A stretch of DNA of 63,976 nucleotides, counting the filler, from Stramenopiles sp. TOSAG23-3 (lineage: Eukaryota), in assembly GCA_900128585.1 (NCBI GenBank). It is 5 parts of 5 records of this genome, joined end to end, with 100 filler letters (N's around TTAATTAATTAA, not from the genome) between each part and the next. Parts side by side here need not be neighbours in the genome. Positions count along the whole stretch, not along the records: positions 38,881 to 51,665 come from LT642663.1; positions 51,766 to 63,976 come from LT642699.1; 3 more parts are not named here. One strand, written 5' to 3'. Numbering within the stretch: the first letter of the stretch is position 1; every line of letters begins with the position of its first letter. Below the pieces are notes generated by a model that worked only from the letters and a program-made list of their open reading frames with translations, did not search any database and was not told the DNA's origin. Below, piece by piece: positions 44,675-55,200 of this stretch. A program made the position numbers and the translations under genes.

Positions 44675-46369
44675 ATGTTTACAAAATCTCTCATCCTCGC
44701 AGCGTCAGCTCTTGCAGTTGTTACCAGCGGCACCGTATTGAAACACGAAGTCGACTTAGACTCACCCCTAGTTGACGTCAAAACGAAATATGAAGCATGG
44801 AAAAACAAGTTCAGTAAAGTCTACCAAACCATCGAAGACGAGGCGAAAGCCATGAAAACGTTCTCTGCGAACGACCAATTTGTCGTGAACCACAATAAGG
44901 AAGGCCACTCCTACACCGTAGGCCACAACGAGTTCTCCGACTTGACCTCGACCGAGTTTGCAGAGCAGCTGACAGGGTACAAAACGAAGGACAGCTACTT
45001 GCGCCGCAGCAAGAATTACAACACCGACCTTTCCAAAGGATACGAAACCGCCCCCACATCCATGGATTGGACGACCAAAGGTGCCGTAACCCCAGTAAAA
45101 AACCAAGGCCAGTGCGGGTCGTGTTGGGCGTTTTCTACCACTGGATCCACCGAAGGCGCCTACGCAATCGCCTCGGGGAAACTTGTGTCTCTATCCGAGC
45201 AAGATTTGGTCGACTGCGACCACAACGGTGACAATGGATGCAACGGTGGCTTGATGGACAATGCATTTGGTTTCATCATCCAAAATGGTGGTATCTGCAC
45301 AGAGCAAGGATACCCATACAAAGCCGTCGGCGGTACTTGCCAAACAACTTGCCAAAAAGCGGTGACGATCACCGGTCACGTTGATGTCCCTAAAAACGAC
45401 GAAAAAAGTTTGCTTGTTGCTGCTGCAAAGGGGCCAGTCTCCATTGCTATCGAAGCGGACAAACCGGCATTTCAAATGTACAAGTCGGGCGTCTTTGACA
45501 ATCCATCTTGCGGCACCAAGCTGGACCACGGTGTATTGATCGTAGGTTACGGCACCGACTCCGGAAAAGACTACTGGAAAGTAAAGAACAGCTGGGGAGG
45601 AGCGTGGGGTGACCAAGGTTACATCCGCATTGTTCGCAACAAGAATATGTGCGGTATCTCGCTATCTGCATGCTACCCAACGGGCGCCAAAGCTGCCGCG
45701 CCATCCCCAGGACCATCCCCAGGACCATCCCCAGGCCCAGCCCCAGGCCCTTCCCCAGGCCCAGCCCCAGGCCCTCCGGGTCCTCCCGGACCAATCCCCA
45801 CCGTTGCCACTGAGTGGGCTGCCAACGTTTCCCAAGTCGTCAAGTTGGTGAATGGGCAAACAAAGTCTGCAGTTGGTACCTCTTACCAATCGGCGAAAAA
45901 CAATGCCACTCGATTCGACGGGAACGGCAGGACCATTGTTACCCTCTACGGTAACATCAACAAAGAAATGCTCGTCGTTGATGGAAAATGCCAAGCCTAC
46001 TGCCCAGCCACCGGAACGTTCTTCAACCGCGTTCAGCCAGGAATGGGAAAAAAAGGTACTTCCAAAGCTGTAAACAAAGGTACCGTTACCATTGACGGCA
46101 AACAAACTACCGACTGGGAATGGAAAGAATTATTGATCATTATCCAAATGGAGCTTATGGATTTGTTCTTGGACTCGAACCAAAACCCAGTTGTTTTGAA
46201 CACCCAGATCACTCCATTCAACAAGCCTCTTGGAAACAGTACCGAAACCTTTAATAGTTTCGTTGCGGGTGACCTACCAGAAGGAACCTTTGCGGTAAGT
46301 GGCATTGACACTTGCCCAAAAAGTTCTGGCTGCCAGAACGCGAAAGGCATGTCATCCTTTTTGATGTAA
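44675..46369 (+). CDS. Papain-family (C1A, cathepsin L-like) cysteine protease with Pro-rich linker and C-terminal extension
   Basis: Signal peptide, I29 prodomain (NEFSDLT), QGQCGSCWAFS, LDHGV, YWKVKNSWG; (PSPG/PAPG)n linker. Confidence 0.95.
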   Translation: MFTKSLILAASALAVVTSGTVLKHEVDLDSPLVDVKTKYEAWKNKFSKVYQTIEDEAKAMKTFSANDQFVVNHNKEGHSYTVGHNEFSDLTSTEFAEQLTGYKTKDSYLRRSKNYNTDLSKGYETAPTSMDWTTKGAVTPVKNQGQCGSCWAFSTTGSTEGAYAIASGKLVSLSEQDLVDCDHNGDNGCNGGLMDNAFGFIIQNGGICTEQGYPYKAVGGTCQTTCQKAVTITGHVDVPKNDEKSLLVAAAKGPVSIAIEADKPAFQMYKSGVFDNPSCGTKLDHGVLIVGYGTDSGKDYWKVKNSWGGAWGDQGYIRIVRNKNMCGISLSACYPTGAKAAAPSPGPSPGPSPGPAPGPSPGPAPGPPGPPGPIPTVATEWAANVSQVVKLVNGQTKSAVGTSYQSAKNNATRFDGNGRTIVTLYGNINKEMLVVDGKCQAYCPATGTFFNRVQPGMGKKGTSKAVNKGTVTIDGKQTTDWEWKELLIIIQMELMDLFLDSNQNPVVLNTQITPFNKPLGNSTETFNSFVAGDLPEGTFAVSGIDTCPKSSGCQNAKGMSSFLM

Positions 46370-47131
46370 ACGACGCGTCGAAGACAGGAAGAGCCATAAA
46401 CTCAGTTGGAAGAGGTCACTACTAGTGGAATCACCGTACCCTTATCCCCGTTGCTTTTCCGAGAATACCGCAGCCCTCAACTTCTGCGGGAGGCCTCAGT
46501 GCTAGTGTACAATTGTCATCATTCGTATGATACCGACAGAGTAATTATTAAGAATGATCTCTCTCGTAATTGTGCAACTGTGCACTAAAGCGCACTTTAA
46601 AAACAAAAAATTGGCTGGTTGTTTTAGAGTAATTAAAATCTTAGCTACTCAGCTTTTGTCGATTACATTCCTCTTTAACACAGTAAAATATTTTCTAAAT
46701 TATTTGACGTATGCATACCATGATTGAGATCTTCACTTTGATGAAACATATATCATACGCACATATGATACTTAAAACATTTATGAAAAACCAAAATATA
46801 AAAAACCAAAATATATAGTAATGTTTTAAACAATACCAGAAGTTTTATTCTGGAACAAGGAGGAGTTTAGGTTCTTGAACGGTTTTACCTTCTTTTTTCT
46901 TTTCTTTTTTTTTTTTTTGTTTTAAACATTTATGATACAAGGAATTTAACGAATTTAATAAGTTTCCGCAGTTTTGTTATTTTTAACATATATTCATCAT
47001 TCTCCTCCAAATTAAAACATCAAGATAGGATCAGGGTTGGAATTGAAATAGTAATTGATTTAAATTGAGAGTCTTAAAACATACTATAGCATAGCAAATA
47101 ATTTGTTTTTTTTTCATTCTCCTCCGCTATT

Positions 47132-49684
47132 CTACTCATCGTAATTCTGTTGAAACTCGGCCTCCTTCTCTAGCGTGGGCAACAAGATTGCTTCTGTGTA
47201 AGCGTTCAGCTGAGAGCGCAGTCTGACATTTTCGTTCAAAATTTCTACCAAAGTCCTGCACACATCAGATGTTATCATAGGTCCATCTATGTGTTCGTCA
47301 ATTGCCCCAGTGTTACCCGAACCCATTCCATCGGGCGACAAGAACTCAGGGGTATACTTTCCCATTCCCCACGACAGCCAACCTTTCAAGTGGTTTAGGC
47401 GGGAGGATGTTGGGGAAGCACCGGCTCTCCCAGGAGACTTAGCGGTTCCTTCTACTTCTTGCTGTTTCGATATTGCCTGGACGCTGGGACCAACGCGAGT
47501 ATCTGCCAACTTAATTACTCGGTTTCGGACGATCGAAACCTTTTCTTGAACGCTATCGAGGACTTCGTCGCTCTTTTTAATCAAAGACCCCACCCCCATC
47601 TTCAACTCACCATCCCCGACGCTCCCGTTCATCGCTCCTAAGCTGGTCGCACGTGCTTGGATCCACAAATGCTTAACGTCTCGCAGTGTCCGACGCACTT
47701 CGACTAAGTTCAAACCGTTCATGTCCTTTTCTAGCATCTTTGCCGCTGATAGCGCTTCGGCCACACGCCGTTTTCGCTCTTCTGCCGCTGCAAGGGCAGC
47801 TTTCATATCCGCCTCCTCACGCTCCTTTTTTTCACGCTCCTTCTTATCCTTCAAATACTGTTTCAGCAACGATCGGCTATTCTCCACACGTTCATACCAA
47901 TCTTGAAGCATATACTTATCATCCACTTCTAACTTGTATTTTGCGATTTTGTCTTCGTACTTTTTGATGACGGCCTCGAGCTTTCTGGTTCTTTCATCCT
48001 TCTGCTCGTTTGCGTCGTTGTCCTCACTGCCTTGGCTGTCGTCATGGGGCGATTCTACGTCGCTCGGCTCGTTGCCTTCCGCAGCTGCAGTGCTATCGCC
48101 GCCGTTCGACTTTGCATTATCGCCCCTTTCCATCACCACTTCCCCCATATCTTCCTCCATGCCCTCTTCTAGTTTCCCCGTCGTCACATCACCGGCTTCA
48201 TCGTTTTCTTCTTGGTCGTTTTCGAGGGACTTGCCGTGATCTTTTACAGCGACTTCTTTCGAATCTGTTTCCTTGATGTCGTCCTTGTCTTTGTACCCAA
48301 AAATAACATTGTGATGCTGCAAGACCATTCTTAGCAAAACGATCGACGCGATAGACGGGGACTTCTCTGAGTTTTCCCCGTGGTCGTTATGCACCAAAAT
48401 TCGGGCAAACTTAGGCGCCAAATTCCTTCGCGTGTCGTCAAAGCGTCTAGCGGGTCGAATGCCTAGTTCCCACGGTCGGTAACGGAGGCAAAACAGCCGA
48501 ACGACTGCAGTGACTTCTCGAACTAATCTAACGTTTGAAGCAGACATCATGTCAATTAAATCTTTGATTATACGCACGTCTTTGGATATTCGCTTTACAC
48601 CAGTCTCTTTGATCGCAGAGAAAGAACTTTCGTACATCCCGTACACTTCCATAGGGATTACAGTAGAACCTATGTCTTCTAACGCTTTCATCATTGTCGA
48701 TGCAACGATGTGGACATCGTAAGATTCCAATGTCACATTCCGTGAAAATGCAAACCGGTTCATTAACTTTTCGACATCGATCTTATTGGCCTTCTGTTGA
48801 AACATTGTGCTTGGCAAGTCTGCCTTTGTTTGTAAATGCCGGGCTGTTTGCAAAACCACGCGCTGGTTTCGCAGCAAGCCATCGCGGTCAACGGTAGAGG
48901 TTTGCGAAGACCCTGCTATTGGCGTGTCTCCTGGTTCGCCAATCGGAATGGGACCCTCGTTATCGCTTTCATCGTCTGAAGGAACCGCCACCCGCGCCTG
49001 CCCTTCATCTTGAAGAGCCTTCTTCTCCTTTTCCCTATCCGACCTCCCCGTGGCCTCCCCGTCGTTACGCTCACCACTGCCATCTTTATTCGCTTCGGCA
49101 ACTTTACCGCCGTTATCGACGCTGCTGCTACCGTCCGCCCCGTCGCGGCCATTGCTAAATTCATCGTCCAACTCCGCCTCTTCCCCGTCGTCGCCGTCGT
49201 CGTTCTCCCCACTCTCCCGCCTTATCCCCGCCTTTTTTGAGTAGCGAATCCCTCTCTGCCACATGACCGCTTCGTCTTTTGTGTCGAAAAGGATAAATAG
49301 GGCGCTCCGTTGGTCCCCGTTGGATTTTTTCAGGCCGACGATTCTTAAGCACTGCATACCAGACTCAATTATTTCCTCGGAAAGATCCTCGTCGTTCATG
49401 TTCAACAGAGTGACCCGTGTCCCTGGGCCAAATACATAGAACCCTAGAGGCTTCCCCCCCGAAATGTTCTTGTAGTAGTGCAGCTTTCCTTCTCCAACAG
49501 TCAAATACCGGGTTATCGCACGCTTTAGCCGGTTGCCAACTTTTGTAAACCCCACCCGTTCGTTCTGTACATGCCCATACGCAACCTTCTCAAACCGTTC
49601 CTCTTGGTCCACCTCCTGCTTCAGTCTATCCGAACGTTTTTTCGTTATTGTCCGCGGGTCCACCCGGAAAACCAACCCGCTCAT
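47132..49684 (-). CDS. PH domain + degenerate RhoGAP-like domain + coiled-coil protein
   Basis: PH: GFTKVG...RYL...LHYYK...DEAVMWQRGI; RhoGAP-like: DVHIVASTM...VIP...NLAPKFARILV; first ATG 49684. Confidence 0.65.
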   Translation of the reverse strand: MSGLVFRVDPRTITKKRSDRLKQEVDQEERFEKVAYGHVQNERVGFTKVGNRLKRAITRYLTVGEGKLHYYKNISGGKPLGFYVFGPGTRVTLLNMNDEDLSEEIIESGMQCLRIVGLKKSNGDQRSALFILFDTKDEAVMWQRGIRYSKKAGIRRESGENDDGDDGEEAELDDEFSNGRDGADGSSSVDNGGKVAEANKDGSGERNDGEATGRSDREKEKKALQDEGQARVAVPSDDESDNEGPIPIGEPGDTPIAGSSQTSTVDRDGLLRNQRVVLQTARHLQTKADLPSTMFQQKANKIDVEKLMNRFAFSRNVTLESYDVHIVASTMMKALEDIGSTVIPMEVYGMYESSFSAIKETGVKRISKDVRIIKDLIDMMSASNVRLVREVTAVVRLFCLRYRPWELGIRPARRFDDTRRNLAPKFARILVHNDHGENSEKSPSIASIVLLRMVLQHHNVIFGYKDKDDIKETDSKEVAVKDHGKSLENDQEENDEAGDVTTGKLEEGMEEDMGEVVMERGDNAKSNGGDSTAAAEGNEPSDVESPHDDSQGSEDNDANEQKDERTRKLEAVIKKYEDKIAKYKLEVDDKYMLQDWYERVENSRSLLKQYLKDKKEREKKEREEADMKAALAAAEERKRRVAEALSAAKMLEKDMNGLNLVEVRRTLRDVKHLWIQARATSLGAMNGSVGDGELKMGVGSLIKKSDEVLDSVQEKVSIVRNRVIKLADTRVGPSVQAISKQQEVEGTAKSPGRAGASPTSSRLNHLKGWLSWGMGKYTPEFLSPDGMGSGNTGAIDEHIDGPMITSDVCRTLVEILNENVRLRSQLNAYTEAILLPTLEKEAEFQQNYDE

Positions 49685-50439
49685 CGTATACAAAAAGAAA
49701 TCGACAGACTTTCAGACAGTATGCGTTCGAACGTTGGCGCAGTGGATTAATTAAATAAAATAAGTTTATTTTGTTCAAACTACAATATAACTTCTGTAGA
49801 AATGCAACCGTATATATGTATAAACATTTCCTCAGAAAACTCCCCCCCCCCAGCGAAGAAGAAGACAAAAAAATAATAATAAATAATAAAAAAAAAAAAT
49901 TAATAAAAAAATAAAAAAACAAATAATCAATAATATACATTTTAGTAATATTATTAATATTGTTTAGTATAATACAGGTGAATAGCATAAGAGAGAGGAG
50001 ATCATTTTTTTGTTTGTTGTTGTAGAAGCTATATATTAGACGACTTTCATCTTTCATCTTTCATACTCCTTGCAAGGTAGTCAATAAAAGAAGAAGAGAT
50101 GATGAAGTAAAGTATGAAGTTGATAAAAATATTATAAAACAAATGTTATTAACTTATTTTCATATACTTAATAAAAGTACATTTATAAATATTGTATATA
50201 TTTTTAATACGTAGTATAATTGGAGAAACAACAATGGTGTGATAATGTACTTCTTTCAAAATCAACAATTTATTTATAATGCTGTAAGTAAGCTACAATA
50301 AAATAATAAGGACATACTACGATTACATCAAGGTGTACGAGGAGAGGAGAGGTAGATAATTGTTTTTTAAAAAAATTGAAGAAAAAAGTGATGATGAGAT
50401 GAAAAAACAATTATATTTTTAAAAAGTTAACTTTAGATT

Positions 50440-51600
50440 TCAATTGTTTTCAGTTCGATTTTCCCCCCCTTTCTTCTCTTTGTTTGAATTAACATTCGCC
50501 AAACACTTCAGACTAGCCTTTAGTTCACCCTGTTTGGTTTGGACTTTCTTTATATAATTCATCTCCTCTTTCGTTAACGACACAAGTTTTGTGTTTGCCC
50601 CCCCACCACGGTACAAAGGGTGGCCATTGTATTGTGCCAATATTTTTTCAACCACACCTTCGTAGGGAATTTGCGTCCGACAGACCGGGCAGGGAAACAC
50701 AAACTCCTTTCCAAACGTACCGTCTTTGCTTTTCTCTTTGGCTGCGGACAACGTTTTCGACTTGCCGATGGTCTCCTTGAGCCTCCAAAGTAATTTGTCT
50801 ATCGCTTGCTTGATCACCTTTTTCTCTCCCTTCAATGTGCAGACATGGGTTTCCAGTTCATCGCGTCGTTGCTTGTCGTGCACAACCCGCAACTTTTCGT
50901 CTGGGGTAAGAGAACGAGTCAGCTGGTCCCACTCGTTGCAGGTCTTGGAAAAATACTTAAACTCCCTCTCTGACTGCTTTAACGATTTCTTCACTTTGGC
51001 CTGCCTCCCTTTCTCTGCTTCCAACGTGCTCTCAAGTTGCCCAATCGTTTCCTCGATGCCTACTAAATCCTCCTCCTTTGATGAAAAATCTCCCGCCGCG
51101 ACTGCTACAGCGCGCCGCAGGTACCACTCGCTGATGCAGGCGCTGTGAAAGGTGTGGAAACATCCCGTGCGAACGCCGGCCATCTCGCCAGAGCCCAGGG
51201 GTTCCAAACAAATACTGCAGTCCGCGTGGTTAAAGCCCGTCAACATTTCTTGGCAAGAATTGCACAGCAACGGTAAGACGGGCTCCCCAAGGTACTCTTC
51301 CACTTCTTTCTTCAGTTGGTCTAAAATTTTCTTCACGTCTTTGTCGCTTAGACCCTTCGTGTTCGACAGCGCCAGGACGGGCCCCTCCGAGTCTGGGTAT
51401 TTCCCTGACAAAGTCATCTTTAGCGTACATTGAACTAAAACTTGACCATCGTCCCCCCCAGTCAACGGTCTCAAGTTAACAAAAACGTTACGAGCATTCT
51501 CCGTACTTTTCGGGGTCACCTGGATTTCTTCCTCCGCATAAAGCGACTTCAGCGCTTCTATTTCCTCTTCGACTTCATCGAAGTCGTCCGCAAAATCCAT
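50440..51600 (-). CDS. RNF25: RWD-domain RING-H2 E3 ligase (RNF25-like)
   Basis: EEEIEALKSLY...KYPD..P (RWD); CSIC...CFHTFHSAC...W...CPVCR. Confidence 0.75.
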   Translation of the reverse strand: MDFADDFDEVEEEIEALKSLYAEEEIQVTPKSTENARNVFVNLRPLTGGDDGQVLVQCTLKMTLSGKYPDSEGPVLALSNTKGLSDKDVKKILDQLKKEVEEYLGEPVLPLLCNSCQEMLTGFNHADCSICLEPLGSGEMAGVRTGCFHTFHSACISEWYLRRAVAVAAGDFSSKEEDLVGIEETIGQLESTLEAEKGRQAKVKKSLKQSEREFKYFSKTCNEWDQLTRSLTPDEKLRVVHDKQRRDELETHVCTLKGEKKVIKQAIDKLLWRLKETIGKSKTLSAAKEKSKDGTFGKEFVFPCPVCRTQIPYEGVVEKILAQYNGHPLYRGGGANTKLVSLTKEEMNYIKKVQTKQGELKASLKCLANVNSNKEKKGGENRTENN

Positions 51601-51665
51601 CGACGATGGCCAGTATGTGCACTTACTTTAAATGCAGTGGCAGATTAAGTTAAACATTCACACAT

Positions 51666-51765
51666 NNNNNNNNNNNNNNNNNNNNNNNNNNNNNNNNNNN
51701 NNNNNNNNNTTAATTAATTAANNNNNNNNNNNNNNNNNNNNNNNNNNNNNNNNNNNNNNNNNNNN
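51666..51765. other. Artificial contig-join spacer
   Basis: N44-TTAATTAATTAA-N44. Confidence 0.97.
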
Positions 51766-52289
51766 TACTTAATATAATATTAATATACTTAATATTGATA
51801 GGATATAATAAATGCTATTATTTAATACTGACCAGTCAACCAATCCCCAAAAAAAGAAAAAAGAAGAAATCGCCAAATAATAAAAAATAAAAAAAAAAAT
51901 AAAATAAAATAAAATAGTAATAATAATTACATCAACGACGACGCAAGAAGAAGAAGAAGAAAGAAGCGCAGTGAATCCAACAAAAAAAGAAGAAACAAGA
52001 ATGACAAAGTGACAACGACAAATTCAAATTCAAATTCAAATTCAATTTAAATTTAGTACACATACATCTATTTGTATGCATAATTAATAATTAATTGGAA
52101 GTACATAAATACGAAAGGTTTCATTATTCTCCTGGGAGAACGAACGTTACTGCATATTTCACAGATCGGTCGTTCGATAGATTGATACATAGTTTTAGTT
52201 AGTGGGCAAGGGTCTCTCCATCTCTCCGCCCATCCTTCATTTTCTTCCAACCTTTCGTTGGTTTCTTATAGTAGTTCATCGTGCCCCCA

Positions 52290-55200
52290 ATGCCCACGCC
52301 GAAAGTGCCGAACGGGCCGGCCGCCCTCTACCATGGCGACACCCCGTGCCCGTGCTCGTTCGATTTATTCAACCCGGACGACCTGTCCATTTTGCGCTGC
52401 CTGGACGACTTTAGCGTCACCAGCAACGAGACCGGCGAAATGGTCGGCTTGATGTCGATCCAAGGCTCCAGCAGCGGACAGAACTTGAGGGCCAACGTTC
52501 GGGCCAACGGAGCGTACAGGGTCTTCCCGCTGCGGTCGGCCGTGCCGCCGCTCTTGACCGCCGGCGAGTGGGTGGCCGTCCTGACGCGCGTCGCGGCGAG
52601 CGCGTGCGCGGAGGCCTTTCGGGACCCTCCGCAGGCGGCGGACTGCCCAGACTACGCCAGCTTCGTCGAGGAGCCGATGGGCCTCGGCGAGCTGTTGAAA
52701 GGGCTCAAAGAGGGCCGGTACCGGAGCGAGGACGAAACGCTGTTCGTAGAGTACTGGGACGTCGCGTCCGTGGAGTCGAGCAAACGGCCGGTGGCGATGC
52801 AGTTTTTGTTGGATTTGAACCTGCTGTGGGCCAACTGCCGGTCCTACTACTGCATGGGGAGGACGCTCGGGGCAGGGGAGTGCGAGGCGATGAACGGCAA
52901 GGCCGACGAGCTCGAGGCGGTGACGACGAGGCTGGTGCTGGAAGCCTGGGCCTCCAAGAAGGCCGGGAGGAAGGCGCTCGCCGAGAACGACCGCAGTGCA
53001 GCAATGAAGGAGGTAATAGACGCGATGGTGGGCGACCCGTTTTGCGCGGCGTTTTTGGCACCCGTGGACCCCAAGGCCCTCGGCCTTACGGACTACTTCA
53101 AGGTCGTCGCGCGCCCGATGGACCTCGGGACCGTGCGGAAGAAGGTGCTCGCGTCGGCGTACGCGTCCTGCAACGCCTTTGCGGAGGACGTGCGGCTGAT
53201 TTTTGAGAACTGCTGCCGGTACAACGCCGCAGGGTCGGAAATATGGTGCGTGGCGCGCATCATCTTGCAGCGGTTTGAACGGGCGCTTTTGGCGGTGTTT
53301 GGCCCGGGCGCGGAGGGCGCGTGCGACACCTTTTTTCTGGGGGGGGGGCGCCGGGCCGACGGGCCAGGCCACCGCGTTTTTGCAGCCCGGGGCGTGCATC
53401 CCCAAGGTCGCGCAGGACACCGTCGATTTTCAAAAGGGCCGCGGCGGCACGGCGAGGCGATGGCTAAAGTCCAGCGAGGGGGTATTTTATTCCATTTTTG
53501 ACACCCGCCGCCGCCCGTCCACGGCCGCGCTTCGCCCCTCGACCGAGTACGCGCCGCACTTCGAAGCGAGCGCGGCCGGCGCGGCATTTCTGGCGGCCCT
53601 GAAGAGCCTTCTGCTGGAAGACGGCGCGGTGAAAGTGGACGCGACGTCAAAATCCGGCCGCTCCCTGAAGAGCAAAAAGAAAAACGCCCAATTATTCGTG
53701 GAGCAAGCATTGAGCGTGGCCGGAACGGACCAGTCGTTCCTAGAGTCGTACGGGGACTTGGTCGCGTCCCAGGTTCGATTGTTTCCGCCGCCGCTGAACA
53801 CGGCGCACAAGACGGCGCACTACATCTTCTCGTTGGCCACGGTGCTGGGCAAGCGGAAAGTGCAATGGAACGAAGCACGGGAGGCAAAGAAGCTGGCGGA
53901 CGCAGCGAAGCGGCAAAAAAAGGAAGCCGAGGCCGAGAGAAAGAGGCAGGAGAAAGAGCGGCTGAAGCTGGAGCGGGAGAAGGCGAAGCAGGCGCTGAAA
54001 CAAGAGCGGGAGGCGAAGAAGAAAGGAAAGGAGGAGCAGAAGAAGAAAGAACGAGAGGAGAAACAGCGCCGGTCAAAGGAAAAAGCGTTAGAGGCAAAGA
54101 TGAAAAAGGAGCTTGCTGCCCAAAAGAAATCTCCTAACAAGCCCAAAATGACCATAAAATTATCAATCAAGGGAAGAAAAGCGACGAGGGCAGCGACACC
54201 GGCGAAACAGGCGGCCCCGAAAGATTTGCGAGACCCGTTCGACGATTTGGTCATTCTGGAAAAGTTAGAGAAAGACACGACGGCCACTGCCCAGCCTTTC
54301 CCCACCCCCGGCGCCTTGTCCTTGTGGATCGACCCTACCATCGCCGGGGACAACCGCACTACCGGGGCCTTGAGGACGGAGAGTTCGATATCGGCCCATG
54401 CGCGGAAGCACGCGGGAGATTTGAACAAGTTCATCGGCGTCCGAAAACTTAGGAAAGACGAAAAAGTTGGGCAACCCGCTGTACTGCAAAAAGAAACGTC
54501 GCAGCAAAACAAGTGGTTGGCGGAAATCTTTGTCGGAACGTACGCAAGATCCCTTGGCACGTTCCCGACGGCAACGGAGGCAGCACGGGCCTATGACCGT
54601 GCGGCCTTGATCCACCTTCCGAAACGTTCGCCTTTGAACTTTGACGAGCCCGACTACCTGGACGAGGAAGGCATGTTTGGGGTTACGACGGTCTCCCTCC
54701 TTCCAAACAGGCGCAATGACGCAAAGACCTCGGGCAACGGGATTCGACTGTCGAAGCACGCGGCAAAGAAACCGCCTTATGTAAAACTTAATGTCCACCC
54801 GTCCATGCTGTGGTCATTTGTCCATGTATGCGAATCTTTTAACTTGTTCCACCAGGCGCTAAAAATCAAAAAGGTCCAGCTCGGGGATCTGGTGTCAGCT
54901 GTTTATTTGCATCACTCGTACGACTGCGCAAACAAGAGAAACACGGACATTGTGCGGCGTGGGTCGTACCTAATAGCGCAGTTGCATATATCATTGCTAC
55001 GGGCAATTTTTATGGAGCAAAGGACGAGCCAAAAAGGTGTGTTTTCGGCTGTTGCCCAGGCCAAGCTGAAGAAGCGAAGGGGCGTGGACACGGCGCAGAG
55101 GTGGGCGTACCGGCGGGCGTTGAACGAACACTACGACCTTGAAAGCGGAATAAACGGATCTGTTGGGTTTCTTGACGTTTCAAACAGCGATGAAGGGCCA

